Notes under the pieces: generated by a model | Database searches by the model: none | The model's input: only the letters and a program-made list of their open reading frames with translations | What the model was told of the DNA's origin: nothing | Shown: positions 39,801 to 49,029 of the stretch, in pieces | Layout: every line of letters starts with the position of its first letter | Numbering within the stretch: position 1 is the first letter of the stretch | Position numbers and translations under genes: made by a program | Origin: a virus | Lineage: Duplodnaviria; Caudoviricetes | Reading direction: 5' to 3' (one strand) | Virus record (IMG/VR): IMGVR_UViG_3300016476_001378 | Length of the DNA stretch: 64,000 bases

Positions 39801-39884
39801 AGAACCAATTTCTGGCAAATTGACTGCACCTATAACGCAACTAATATTTAACGGTTTTGGCGCAGTTGGATCTGTACTTGCCAT
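36840..39884 (-). CDS. Probable baseplate hub/tail-tip protein
   Basis: C-terminal half SATLTFKN...TLKAGYG...FFQG...VKCDD...ILEDCFEFAGL resembles hub-type proteins; GAGAGG SD; function inferred. Confidence 0.55.
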   Translation of the reverse strand: MASTDPTAPKPLNISCVIGAVNLPEIGSIQSVQSRFRQQKDKTNTITATYTHQIERSTFSKKLATLASGSGGIIPKLNLNIGAPACTFGEGAIGPGMEHPVLNLLSGASKSKFSTAAYVVPAGSPIIEQRLTESITNTPNNVLDDQILRTGGSGFIPFYKRAPYTGLTARKTYNIWQQVTSTDFIKTFFVNLGVTNYEPNGYAHISTQYNGTGSQVTVHAQNTKCLVKRIFPIADDLLYESPNIYFSKVGNVAVAPKVVQARGGVNCGFWLRFNHTKPSAFIDGSDSTPENSSIVINFGKPGKSKYVSHFSIFLQTNRTFLRYENPLSGSFDEIELQGNTLGLNNSTEFDVFVHFAGPNMYIGFDPDVSTWNSIEPFKLKSEANQTNYSEYFECRIPQDSMIQILFTNLQCSYTYSPICFDNLNYEEVNATNTESFSGISITGTQGYGKIKIHGDVAVGVDTFTETALNTDLLTRKNPTNVYNDPASDLRQNTKEAPTYYSDWRRINDGEGGVIKDADYVKNPEFYYRELNRAQDNSRPQNPRYSIDGVVTYNTTIEGPVFFYLRNYTTVTDKKVSGINKPLWGEYSDVTGYLVSARIDEDFEGKNLSYRKASATLTFKNMTNDLIGRQILNALQENILTFTLKAGYGNDKHTFFQGMTKGVKVVRKPDSYEVEVKCDDIGDTLLSGIHFNVSNPVSLHFRTYQYILEDCFEFAGLAKYYVPRSRVSDFDVLYDIYFNQYTGLPQYQNALSSRVISASRDKKIKDIVQPLLSMMIHVSSPSGSNLASNLPVIYWNPEKELFELTTRGVDNAEELFFAGDAAIDGQGITYLVNSNPEGLHGLATSDGWIEETAVNNLHSQVVLIHQNFDGYPSIFDSNNEFITQAVGDSAFARLNALVGPNVQYQEVLGYVGFNKDDYYNDLSPNPGLIQSKILGKQIFDARENVARKTFQSLSVNVYVTKPLKSYGKFKIKSFAGGVELDTTEEYIYSSVSYAIDVEKNLITARVEGSYFPQIT

Positions 39885-39927
39885 TTTTTATTCCTCTCAC
39901 AATAAATCTATTTACTGCTGTTTTGTT

Positions 39928-40473
39928 TTAATTTTTAGGTGCAATAACCATAGACATGGCCTTGCCATCCAAAACTGCTGGCTTTTCTATAATAGATATT
40001 TCTGATGTAGCTTCCACAATCCTGTTAATTAATTTTTCTGCGAATTCTGGATAAGCTATTTCGCGGCCTTTGAACTTAATTAAAATCTTAACTTTGTCTC
40101 CATGTTTGAGAAATTTAATAGCATTATTGACTTTCACTTTAAAGTCATGCTCTTCAATGCTCATGCCAAAGTTTAAAATTTTTAAATCAGATTGCTTGGA
40201 AGAATTATGTAAATCTCTTTGCTTTTTCGATTGTTGATATTTATATTTGCCATAATCAACAATTTTACAAACTGGCGGTGTGGCGGTCGGAGCAATTTCA
40301 ACCAGATCTAAACTAAGCTCCCTTGCCATGTCAAGTGCCTTATTTGCACTTACCACACCCTTTTGCTCACCATTCTCATCAATTAAACGAACTTCTCGCA
40401 GCTTTGGGAGGTTATTGAAAAATCTCAAAATTTGTTCGTTAATTCGTGGTTCTTGCAAATCTCTATCTGTCAT
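39928..40473 (-). CDS. infC: Translation initiation factor IF-3
   Basis: RINEQI...EVRLIDENGEQKGVV...LDLVEIAP...PPVCKIVDYGKYKY...KFLKHGDKVK...FKGRE; ATG start with AAGGA SD. Confidence 0.97.
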   Translation of the reverse strand: MTDRDLQEPRINEQILRFFNNLPKLREVRLIDENGEQKGVVSANKALDMARELSLDLVEIAPTATPPVCKIVDYGKYKYQQSKKQRDLHNSSKQSDLKILNFGMSIEEHDFKVKVNNAIKFLKHGDKVKILIKFKGREIAYPEFAEKLINRIVEATSEISIIEKPAVLDGKAMSMVIAPKN

Positions 40474-40515
40474 CTAATTTCCTTTTAAGTAAGTTATAGT
40501 TTTATATTACAAAAA

Positions 40516-43500
40516 TTAATCGGCAATCTTATAAAGTGCCGATACCGACCCGCCAGCATAAATCTGGCGACCAACCAATTCACCCGATAATAATCTATAA
40601 TAAATAAACAAAGAGCCAGCATTTTGACCAGAATTGCTAATAAAAAATCCTGGAGCTTGCACAGGCACATCTGATTCTTCTAAATTTGTAGAATTTAAAA
40701 TCAAGAAACCTTTATTGACCATTTCTCTAAAACTAGGATGGGCTTTGTTAGTTTCTTTATTATTTATTGGATTTATATTTCTATTTCCGCCTACCATTGT
40801 AATGTAATTAGTGACATAGCTCTGGAATCCGCTTGCACAAGATACATGTGCCATGAAAATTTTACCTGCACACCAATAGGCTACATAAATAACTTTTGTT
40901 TTCTCATAATAATATAAAACAGGGCAAAAAACATTTAAGTAAACATTGCCAGTTGTTGCAGTCGCCATGTCAACTAATGCAAATGGCCTTGGCCCCAAAT
41001 TATTAAGTGAAGAAATCACCAAGCCTGTAATTTCATTAGCCCTGCCTTCAAGTACATAAGCAACCATTACATTGCCATACTGATCGATTGTTATGCCTGG
41101 ATGCGTTGACAATACATTTAATCCACTAAGGGAATTTGAATAAACTATAGGTTCTTTTTTATCATAAATAATAGTAGAAGCTATATCAGAAGGCCCGTCT
41201 AATACATAAGTATAGCCTTTTATCAAATAAGAATCTGTTTCTGCAGTTGCAGCACTCAACAAAGATACCTTTTTCATAACAAGGGCGCCGGGATTCGCCA
41301 GGCCCACAACGTAAACATGCTTGTCCAAAGACGAATAAGCAATGCTCATCTTGTCAATGTTTTTAGAAATTTTTAATACAATGCTATTCAAATCGGCAGA
41401 AAATCCATCAATTGTTGGAGTTTTCCAAGTATTTAAGAGGCCCCCATTTGCACTAACAAGCGATTTCAAATAAGCGTTATTTGCATCAGAATTTTCTGTT
41501 GCAATGACCAATGCAGACCTTTGACCATTTGTTGAATTGTAATCAATATTTAATAAACTTGGATTTTCGCCCGAAAGAATATTTGCAACATTGTTATATA
41601 ATCCCGTAACCAAACCCTGAAACTGAGGTAAATTCAAGGGATCATTTAGTTTATATTGAACCACTTGATTTGTGTCAGATAAAATGTTTACAGTGTCAGA
41701 TTTTTTAGAATTTGCAGCTATGTGTGTTGTATTTTCTAGTCCAATTTCTATTGCAGCAATTTTTTCCTCTGCAACTTCATCTTCTGCTCCTAATACCGTT
41801 CTGACTCCAAGCGTTCCAAAGTCATTCTGCAAAAATGGATTACCCTTAATAAAAACCTCTGTACCCTTGGGCATGTTTATGTACCAAGTAGGAGAATAAA
41901 CTGCGCCGCTTACTATGTAATCATCTTCAGTTGCCATGAATTGTGTGAAATTCATAGTATTTGTATCACCTACAAACCAAAACTGCTGCGAATCCAGCGA
42001 GGTGCTTGGTATTATCTGCAAATCCTCATAATATCTGGTTCCAGAACTAGATGGTTCGGTGAGATTTAATTTCAAAATACTGGAATCTGTAGTTGTGACA
42101 GTTATGGTGTTAATTCTAACGCCCAGAGGTTTTGCTTTTAGCTTTTCTGTTATAATGTCTAATTCTTCTTGTGTTATCTCTGCCCCATTTGAAGAATAAG
42201 GGTAAACATATAGTCTGAAAACAAGCTGGGATTGTTCACCACTCACATAGAATGGATAATTTATGGTTGTTTGATAAGTTGTATTCGACACATTGTCTGT
42301 CAAAAATGGAGAAACAAATAGTCTTTCTGTTATAGTGCCATAAACATCAACAAAGAAAGCCATTATTCTATAGCTATAACGCTTTCTCGACGTATCAGCA
42401 TCTATGTCAAAGCCTATCTGTACAGTCCATGATCCGGTGTTAACCTTAGCTCCTGTAAAAGTATTTCCAGTTGTAACAAAATCTACAAAATAAACAACAC
42501 TCTTATCGTTTGTTAAAGCATAATCTGGAGTTTCAATGTAAATTTTTAATTGATCTAAATTTGAAGGGGCCAAGATTAATAAATTATTGTAAGAAATACC
42601 AAATGGATTAGTGGTTGAATTTATTTTGTTAAAATTCTCTTCATATTTAACAAATTCATTTGGCAAACTGGAATATGTAATACCATTGTATTGCTTATTA
42701 TTTAGGTTTATTACAGTGTCTTCCAAAGGCTGATAAGTAGCATTTGTAAAATCATAATAACGCGATGCGCTTAAAGTACCTGGTGTGTTTTTTAATAAAG
42801 TAGTTTCTAGTCTAGTAACAGTAGGATCTATTTGAATCTCAATTGAGGGTGGATTAATTCTATTTATAGCAACAGGATCTACAGTCCCCGTGGGGTATGT
42901 AAGAGCGTAGATGGCTACGACAATGTTTGTCGTAGGTGAGGTGAAAGGACTAGAATAAACATTATTTCTGTCTATCAACCCATCTGTAAATTTGATAACA
43001 TCAAAATCAGTAAAATCTTGCGGCAATGGTGCAGATACAATTAAATCATCTAGGTTTTGAGGTGTGCCTATAACTGTTTTTGTAGATGTGCCACTTGCAG
43101 TTTCATAAGTTTTAAAAATAATTTCGGTTCCAGCACCTCTATGCTGATGTGGGTTTTCTGGATTGACCTCAGCAGTGCCTGGATGGAACCACATTCTAAG
43201 AAATAAATGGGTATTGACAGCATAATTTGTATCTACAGAACGTCCTTTGAAATGAAATTTAAATATGCCTTTGCGGAATGAGATACTTGATCCATAAAGA
43301 TCGTCCTGTGTTGGGTTGATTGTAAAAAAGGCTATGGGGTCTAAATTCAATGGATTCTGCAAACTTTGTGAATAATATCTAATGATATTGGATGTTGCTG
43401 CAGAAGATGAGCCTGTAGTATTTAATTCAAGTGTTGTTTTTTCAGTATAAAGCTCGCCCAAGAATGGTTGGCCAGCAGTTAATGCACCAGTGTTTTCATT

Positions 43501-44880
43501 CTTCTGAATGATTCTATACCAAGACTTAGATGTCGCACTTGAATCATAGAATATCCAAGGAGAAGGCTGAAAATCAGAAATTGCAATTGTGTCTTGGACA
43601 TCAAATTCATAAAATAATTGCCAGTCATCTGTTTCAAGAGGCTGAGTTGAAGAATTAAACTTCTGAATAGTTATTCTAGTTGTTGAACTTAAAATAATAG
43701 CATTGCCAACCCTTACCAATCTTCCTGTGAGTCCAGAAATTGTATTTGGAGTCAGATAAAAAATTGATGTTTGTTTACCTAAAATGGGGCCCACAAAAAT
43801 TACTATAATCCAGGAAGGGTTGTTAATATCAGCGAGTAAGCCCGCCAATGAGCCACTCACGCTACCTAGTCCATACTGCGGGAATCCAGCTATTAGAAAT
43901 CTAATGTTGATAGAATGTGCAAAGCCCCTTGTTTTTATTAAATCATCTGGAGTAAAAACTTTGACACTGTAGGTTGGGTCTGAATTGTTGTTTGGCCAAT
44001 AATATTGGCTCATGGTATTTTGTGCAGTTATTTTAAAATCAATAGGTATTGCATAAGACAAAAGTTTACATGGCAAATTCGCGTCTGGAATATTGCAGCG
44101 GACAGCATTAAAGAACATTACCTTTCTCAAGTAAAGCTTAACCGCTATCCCGGAATTGACAATTCTAACTCTGTCAATTACTTTATAGTCATTGACAATG
44201 GTAGTTGTACCAAACCTAACAGTTGTTGTTTTAAATGAATCATTGGATTCAAATTTATTGTAATAATAACCCGATGTCTGTAACTCAGAATTGTCAGCTG
44301 GATAAAATGTACCTGCGGCATCATCCTCGCCAGCGACATAAACTTTGATTTTTGTAAAAACGTATTTACTCCAATCAATATCCATGATGACACTGGCGCC
44401 GCTTAAAAATGCTCGTACTTTATCAATGTCTGATTGTGCATTTTCTGCAGCAGATTCTTCCATTAACCCTATAAGGGCTGGGTCTGCAATGTCTACAAGC
44501 AAATTATATTGCAGTGTGATAGCTGAAATTCTAACAGGAATTTTAAATTGGGCTTGCCAATAAAAGTCGGTACTTTTTAATGAATAGTCATCATTGACAA
44601 TTGAAACAAATTTATTTGGAGTTTGTAATTTTCTAAAAGCCCTATTAATTGGATTATAAGGAGACAAAGTGCCAGAAGAATTTTTTGCATACTCTGTTGC
44701 AACTACAGTGCTGTCTGTATTGCTGACATAATAATCATTTCTAAATCTGCCACGAGTCAGTGTAAGAAAATTCCAACCAAGCCCAACAGTGCCACCTGCA
44801 CTTGGATTATTTCTTGGCACCCATTTAAATTTTCCATCTGCTGGCACTCGGCCAGGATTTTCATAAGGATCGTATGGCAT
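40516..44880 (-). CDS. Large beta-rich structural protein (tail/baseplate region)
   Basis: 1454-aa ORF, T/N/S/Y-rich, propeller-like C-terminus; no family recognised. Confidence 0.7.
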   Translation of the reverse strand: MPYDPYENPGRVPADGKFKWVPRNNPSAGGTVGLGWNFLTLTRGRFRNDYYVSNTDSTVVATEYAKNSSGTLSPYNPINRAFRKLQTPNKFVSIVNDDYSLKSTDFYWQAQFKIPVRISAITLQYNLLVDIADPALIGLMEESAAENAQSDIDKVRAFLSGASVIMDIDWSKYVFTKIKVYVAGEDDAAGTFYPADNSELQTSGYYYNKFESNDSFKTTTVRFGTTTIVNDYKVIDRVRIVNSGIAVKLYLRKVMFFNAVRCNIPDANLPCKLLSYAIPIDFKITAQNTMSQYYWPNNNSDPTYSVKVFTPDDLIKTRGFAHSINIRFLIAGFPQYGLGSVSGSLAGLLADINNPSWIIVIFVGPILGKQTSIFYLTPNTISGLTGRLVRVGNAIILSSTTRITIQKFNSSTQPLETDDWQLFYEFDVQDTIAISDFQPSPWIFYDSSATSKSWYRIIQKNENTGALTAGQPFLGELYTEKTTLELNTTGSSSAATSNIIRYYSQSLQNPLNLDPIAFFTINPTQDDLYGSSISFRKGIFKFHFKGRSVDTNYAVNTHLFLRMWFHPGTAEVNPENPHQHRGAGTEIIFKTYETASGTSTKTVIGTPQNLDDLIVSAPLPQDFTDFDVIKFTDGLIDRNNVYSSPFTSPTTNIVVAIYALTYPTGTVDPVAINRINPPSIEIQIDPTVTRLETTLLKNTPGTLSASRYYDFTNATYQPLEDTVINLNNKQYNGITYSSLPNEFVKYEENFNKINSTTNPFGISYNNLLILAPSNLDQLKIYIETPDYALTNDKSVVYFVDFVTTGNTFTGAKVNTGSWTVQIGFDIDADTSRKRYSYRIMAFFVDVYGTITERLFVSPFLTDNVSNTTYQTTINYPFYVSGEQSQLVFRLYVYPYSSNGAEITQEELDIITEKLKAKPLGVRINTITVTTTDSSILKLNLTEPSSSGTRYYEDLQIIPSTSLDSQQFWFVGDTNTMNFTQFMATEDDYIVSGAVYSPTWYINMPKGTEVFIKGNPFLQNDFGTLGVRTVLGAEDEVAEEKIAAIEIGLENTTHIAANSKKSDTVNILSDTNQVVQYKLNDPLNLPQFQGLVTGLYNNVANILSGENPSLLNIDYNSTNGQRSALVIATENSDANNAYLKSLVSANGGLLNTWKTPTIDGFSADLNSIVLKISKNIDKMSIAYSSLDKHVYVVGLANPGALVMKKVSLLSAATAETDSYLIKGYTYVLDGPSDIASTIIYDKKEPIVYSNSLSGLNVLSTHPGITIDQYGNVMVAYVLEGRANEITGLVISSLNNLGPRPFALVDMATATTGNVYLNVFCPVLYYYEKTKVIYVAYWCAGKIFMAHVSCASGFQSYVTNYITMVGGNRNINPINNKETNKAHPSFREMVNKGFLILNSTNLEESDVPVQAPGFFISNSGQNAGSLFIYYRLLSGELVGRQIYAGGSVSALYKIAD

Positions 44881-44889
44881 TTTTTATAC

Positions 44890-47800
44890 TCAACTATTTA
44901 ACATGTCTAAATACATTTGTTCAATCATTTTTCTGTAGACTATTCTTAGTTTTTTCTCATGGTCTATTTGCATTTGATTGAATTCGTATTTAAGTTCTCT
45001 TTCTATTCTTTGTCTTAATAAGAACTCATCTATTTCTTTCGCGCTTTCGTTTTCTTTTTGCTTTTCTTGAATCATTTGAATGATCTTTGTAGCATCTATG
45101 AAAACTTTTTCGGGGCCCTTTTCTTGTGATGTTTTAATGGCCTCCAATGTTTCTTTTTGAGCAACCTTGTTTGCTTCTTGCTGTCTTTCTTGAACATTCT
45201 GAATAGTATTTTGTATACTTTCAGTTTCGCGTTCAAGGGCGAATTCTCTATCTTCTTTGATTATAGACTGGATAATCTGATTAATAGGGCTTGAATTTTC
45301 ACTTTCGGCCTCCAAAGGCTGCTCAGTTATAACCTTAACAAGTTCCTGCTGAATCTGCTGCTCTGCTCGTCTAAGATTAGCCCTGTTGTTACCTCTCTCA
45401 TTCTCCAGATTTGCTCTAAATCTTTCTCTTTCTTTTAATAACTCTTGATAAATTATACTTTCAGAACTCAAAGCTTCTTTTATCTGCTGAGTGGTAGCTG
45501 AATCTGTTGGCTGGTCTTTTGGAACTTCAGTTTTCATTAGTGTATCACCACCAACTGTGATGTATTTTACACTTTTGAGCTTTACATTGTTTTCGTCTTC
45601 TTCTTCAGCTTCTGAAGAGCCGCTTGCGCTAACCCCAGTAATAACAGGATTTAAAGGTCTAGGCTGTTGCTGCTCTATTCCCTGATAGTCAAATTGTGTC
45701 AACCCTGAAGCCTCTTGGGTCTGCGGTATAAGTCCTTCGTTTATAATTTGCTCTGAGATTTTTTCTATGTCTCTCGGCTGCAAAGCATTATTTAAATTAA
45801 TTCTACCAGGCTGTTGCACATTGTCTTCAGCGGCATCGTCCGGTCTTGAGGTGCGTCTATTGACTGCAAACAATCTAGGTATGGAAGTTTCGGGACTATC
45901 TGTCCCTGACTCACCAACCTGAGGAGCCTGTGGCAATGACACCTGTTGCAAACTGGTTAAATCTTGCCCTCTGGTATTTCCTTGCCCTTGTTGAATAGTA
46001 GCATCAAAAATACCACCAGTTTGTGCAGATTGCCCAGGAATACTTCCAAAATCATTTTGTTCTGCTTGGCCAGATTGTGTCTGAATAGAAACTTCTTGAA
46101 CTCCAGCAGGTGATAAAATTGTATTTCCAGCTGTACCAGAGCTTAAATTAATTCTATCTCTTCGTCTCTCTTGTGCTTCCTCCTGTGTTGCAAAGCCTGG
46201 CGCTTGACTTTCTGGCAAGGCTTCATAAGTTGTTTGATTTAAATTATCGTTTGCAGAAGATGGCAAAACTTTGCCATTTGAATCAATCTGAGGAGAAACA
46301 TTTATTTGATCTGTAACAGAATAAACTTTAGACTGCTGAGATACTAACTCGGGACTAGATACTGCATCAGTTGTTATTGTACCCTGGACATTCCCATCAG
46401 CATCAAGAGTTTGTCTAGTGTCTGCCTGGGTACCTTGAGCCGTTTGGGCTTCAGGCAAAGATACCATTTCTGGAGAATTAATTCTAGTCGCGAACTGACC
46501 AGATGCTTGTATGGCTTCTGAAATCGCCTGGGAGGCTTCAGCTTGGACAGCTTGAGTTGCCGCTTGAACGGCTTGAGCTGTCACCTGAGATGCTGCTGTT
46601 TCTATTACTTGAGAAGATTCGCTCTGAGCAACCTGAGGTGCGGATAGGTCAGTTCCAGATGTAGCTGATGCTTCTGTACCAGATGCAGCTGATGCTTCTG
46701 CGCCAGGGCGATTTCCCATGTTATTTACGGGCTGGCCAGTTATAGGGGAAACAGAAGCCTCTAAATAGTTTCTTTGTGCATCTGGAGTGGAGCCTTCAAA
46801 ACCTGGAAGTTGCACTTGCTCAACGCCATCAGGCCCCTGTTGATTTACAAATTGTGGGTTAGGCTGCTCTACAAAAACACCATCTTCATTATAATACCCA
46901 GGTGTAGGCTGTGTGTTAGAGCCTAAATTATCGCCAGGAATCTGCCCGGCTCTTTGGATGGAAATTCTTCCACTCTGATTCTGCTCTATTGCATTAAGTG
47001 TTGCTTCTGTTTGCTCTAATGTTTCATCTAATGCCTGAATAGCATCAGATGCCTGTCCTAATCCAGAAGCCTGTGCAAGTTCTTGGTAAGTTAATTGCTT
47101 TAAATCATCAGCTTCTGCTGGGCTTTCAGAGTTAACAATTGATGATTCTAAATTTTGAGCATCTTGAATAGTGTCTCTAATAACAACTCTTGCCGCATCC
47201 TGGACAGTATCAACTAGTCCTTGTGTGGTTTCTTGAATGGACTCACTTGCAACTTGGGCTGCAGTTGTAACAGACTCTTTAATGACACCTTGTATGGTTT
47301 CTCCTGTTACCATTTGAGAAACTTGCTGCATCGAGCCTTCAGCAATTTGCTCAGCTGTTTGTAAAGCACTCTGTGTTACGGCGCGAGAGACATCTTGTGA
47401 AACTTGCTGTATTACATTCTGCCCTACAATCTGTTCTGTTATTTTATCTGCTATGTCTGCGGCGTTTTGAATAACTTCTTGTGCTGCATTAGCCACTGCA
47501 TTCTGTGCTGTTGACTCCAAGACATTTTGGACTACATCCTGAACGGAGTCTACATTGGAATTTTGCAACGCACCCTGAACAGCTCTCTGAGCTGCATCTT
47601 GGGCCGCACTTTCTGCAACACCCTGAGCTGTAGCCTGAGTGGTATTTTGAAGTGTGTTAATAGCCGCATTTTGCGATGCAACTTGATCTGCTATTTGAGC
47701 TGAGCCTTGGTAAAGAACTCTGTTTGCAATTTCTGCTATTTTATTTACTGCTACAGTTGCCCCAATAACATTACCATTGTCATCATAAATAGGCCCATCA

Positions 47801-49029
47801 GAATTATTGACTCTTGCCTTAATATTTTCAACCGCTTCTTCATAAGCTTTCGTGCCTGGTTGTGCATAAAAAGTTGTTCCATCATCATTGTAAAAAACAC
47901 CCGTTGAAACAGATGTCAATAATTTTTGATAAACGGGGCCCTTTAATTCATCTTTAGTCTCAGATTGACCAACCTGCCCAGACTGGGGCTGATTTTGATC
48001 TGTGGCATCAGAAGCCAATCCTAGATTTTGGGCTAAATTTTGTATTCCTCTGCTTACATTTTGGGCCAGACTTTGAAATCCCTGTATTATCCTGGGGCTT
48101 TCTTCTGATCTTTCCGATACAGATTGATTAGGCTTATTGTCTTGTGCAGGAGTTGTAAGGCTTGTTTGATTGACTGTTGTGGTCTGATTACCTAAAATCC
48201 CTTCTTCAGATGTGTTTTCCCCAGTTGTTTCTGCAGCTGACATAGTTGTGCCAGTAACATCATTGATTGATTGCCCTGGCACAGATGGTGATACCGCGCC
48301 TTGATTATTTGGCTGAGCCAGGGTGCTAGTTTGGTTAGCAATTTCTGTGCTCTCAGAAGGATTCGCTTGCGCTCGAGGTTGTGCAACGTCCTGTTGTTCT
48401 GTCGAAATTAATGACTCTACAGTTGTTTGTAAAATAGAATCATTTTCATTAAAAGGGGCCTCTTGATTAAATATTTCCGATTGGCTTGCTTCACCTAATG
48501 GCTGGAATTCAGTTTCTGTTAAGTTGTCGGCATTTGTCTCATTTTCAATTTTGTTAATAAATTCTGGAGACTCCATTGACTGGCCAGGTATGGAACCTAC
48601 TTTACCGAGTGTAACTGCGTTGGACTCTAAATTGCTAAGTTCGTTGCTATTACCTTCACTGATGCTTTGGCCAACACTATCTAAGTCAATGACAACAACT
48701 TCTTCCTCTAGGGGTTGAGAGGACTTGGGTTGGGCTGGCTTGACGTTTGCCCTAAAGGGTTGAAGAGTTGTTTTGTTGCTTGAAATTTCTACAGAATAAG
48801 ACCCACTCTTAACACCAACTTTGCCAAGGTCAATAATTTGACCAGATGTTAATGTTCCATCAAAAGTCCCTGCTACTTTACCAAAGCCATCTACAAATCT
48901 AACTTGGTATGATTCGCCAGGTTCCCCTAAATCCTTACCAGAAAAAGCTACATTGCTGCCTTCTGAGAATTCTATAGAAGAAATTTGAGGTGTATTTTGT
49001 GTGGCTGTTTGATTAACTATATTGTAATC
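44890..49029 (-). CDS. Long Q/E/A/S-rich protein (tape-measure-like or ejected protein); frame open ~150 codons upstream of the tracked ATG, probably expressed as a frameshift fusion with 49017..49670
   Basis: Frame of the 1228-aa ORF continues without a stop from 48576 to about 49050 (DYNIVNQTATQNTPQ...GSIPGQS-MESPEF) with no ATG/GTG/TTG; bounded by TAA just upstream of the A9 run. Confidence 0.75.
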   Translation of the reverse strand, partial: DYNIVNQTATQNTPQISSIEFSEGSNVAFSGKDLGEPGESYQVRFVDGFGKVAGTFDGTLTSGQIIDLGKVGVKSGSYSVEISSNKTTLQPFRANVKPAQPKSSQPLEEEVVVIDLDSVGQSISEGNSNELSNLESNAVTLGKVGSIPGQSMESPEFINKIENETNADNLTETEFQPLGEASQSEIFNQEAPFNENDSILQTTVESLISTEQQDVAQPRAQANPSESTEIANQTSTLAQPNNQGAVSPSVPGQSINDVTGTTMSAAETTGENTSEEGILGNQTTTVNQTSLTTPAQDNKPNQSVSERSEESPRIIQGFQSLAQNVSRGIQNLAQNLGLASDATDQNQPQSGQVGQSETKDELKGPVYQKLLTSVSTGVFYNDDGTTFYAQPGTKAYEEAVENIKARVNNSDGPIYDDNGNVIGATVAVNKIAEIANRVLYQGSAQIADQVASQNAAINTLQNTTQATAQGVAESAAQDAAQRAVQGALQNSNVDSVQDVVQNVLESTAQNAVANAAQEVIQNAADIADKITEQIVGQNVIQQVSQDVSRAVTQSALQTAEQIAEGSMQQVSQMVTGETIQGVIKESVTTAAQVASESIQETTQGLVDTVQDAARVVIRDTIQDAQNLESSIVNSESPAEADDLKQLTYQELAQASGLGQASDAIQALDETLEQTEATLNAIEQNQSGRISIQRAGQIPGDNLGSNTQPTPGYYNEDGVFVEQPNPQFVNQQGPDGVEQVQLPGFEGSTPDAQRNYLEASVSPITGQPVNNMGNRPGAEASAASGTEASATSGTDLSAPQVAQSESSQVIETAASQVTAQAVQAATQAVQAEASQAISEAIQASGQFATRINSPEMVSLPEAQTAQGTQADTRQTLDADGNVQGTITTDAVSSPELVSQQSKVYSVTDQINVSPQIDSNGKVLPSSANDNLNQTTYEALPESQAPGFATQEEAQERRRDRINLSSGTAGNTILSPAGVQEVSIQTQSGQAEQNDFGSIPGQSAQTGGIFDATIQQGQGNTRGQDLTSLQQVSLPQAPQVGESGTDSPETSIPRLFAVNRRTSRPDDAAEDNVQQPGRINLNNALQPRDIEKISEQIINEGLIPQTQEASGLTQFDYQGIEQQQPRPLNPVITGVSASGSSEAEEEDENNVKLKSVKYITVGGDTLMKTEVPKDQPTDSATTQQIKEALSSESIIYQELLKERERFRANLENERGNNRANLRRAEQQIQQELVKVITEQPLEAESENSSPINQIIQSIIKEDREFALERETESIQNTIQNVQERQQEANKVAQKETLEAIKTSQEKGPEKVFIDATKIIQMIQEKQKENESAKEIDEFLLRQRIERELKYEFNQMQIDHEKKLRIVYRKMIEQMYLDMLNS

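Noticed and set aside
46655-46705. 24-bp imperfect direct repeat
   Set aside because: Two-copy coding repeat (GAEASAAS/GTEASATS) in a low-complexity region; no independent function evident
48975-49019. Stop-codon reassignment (TAG read-through) as the explanation of the 440-bp gap
   Set aside because: Reading through the TAG stays in the zero frame and meets another TAG after 14 codons; the long open frame is -1; other genes are intact under the standard code
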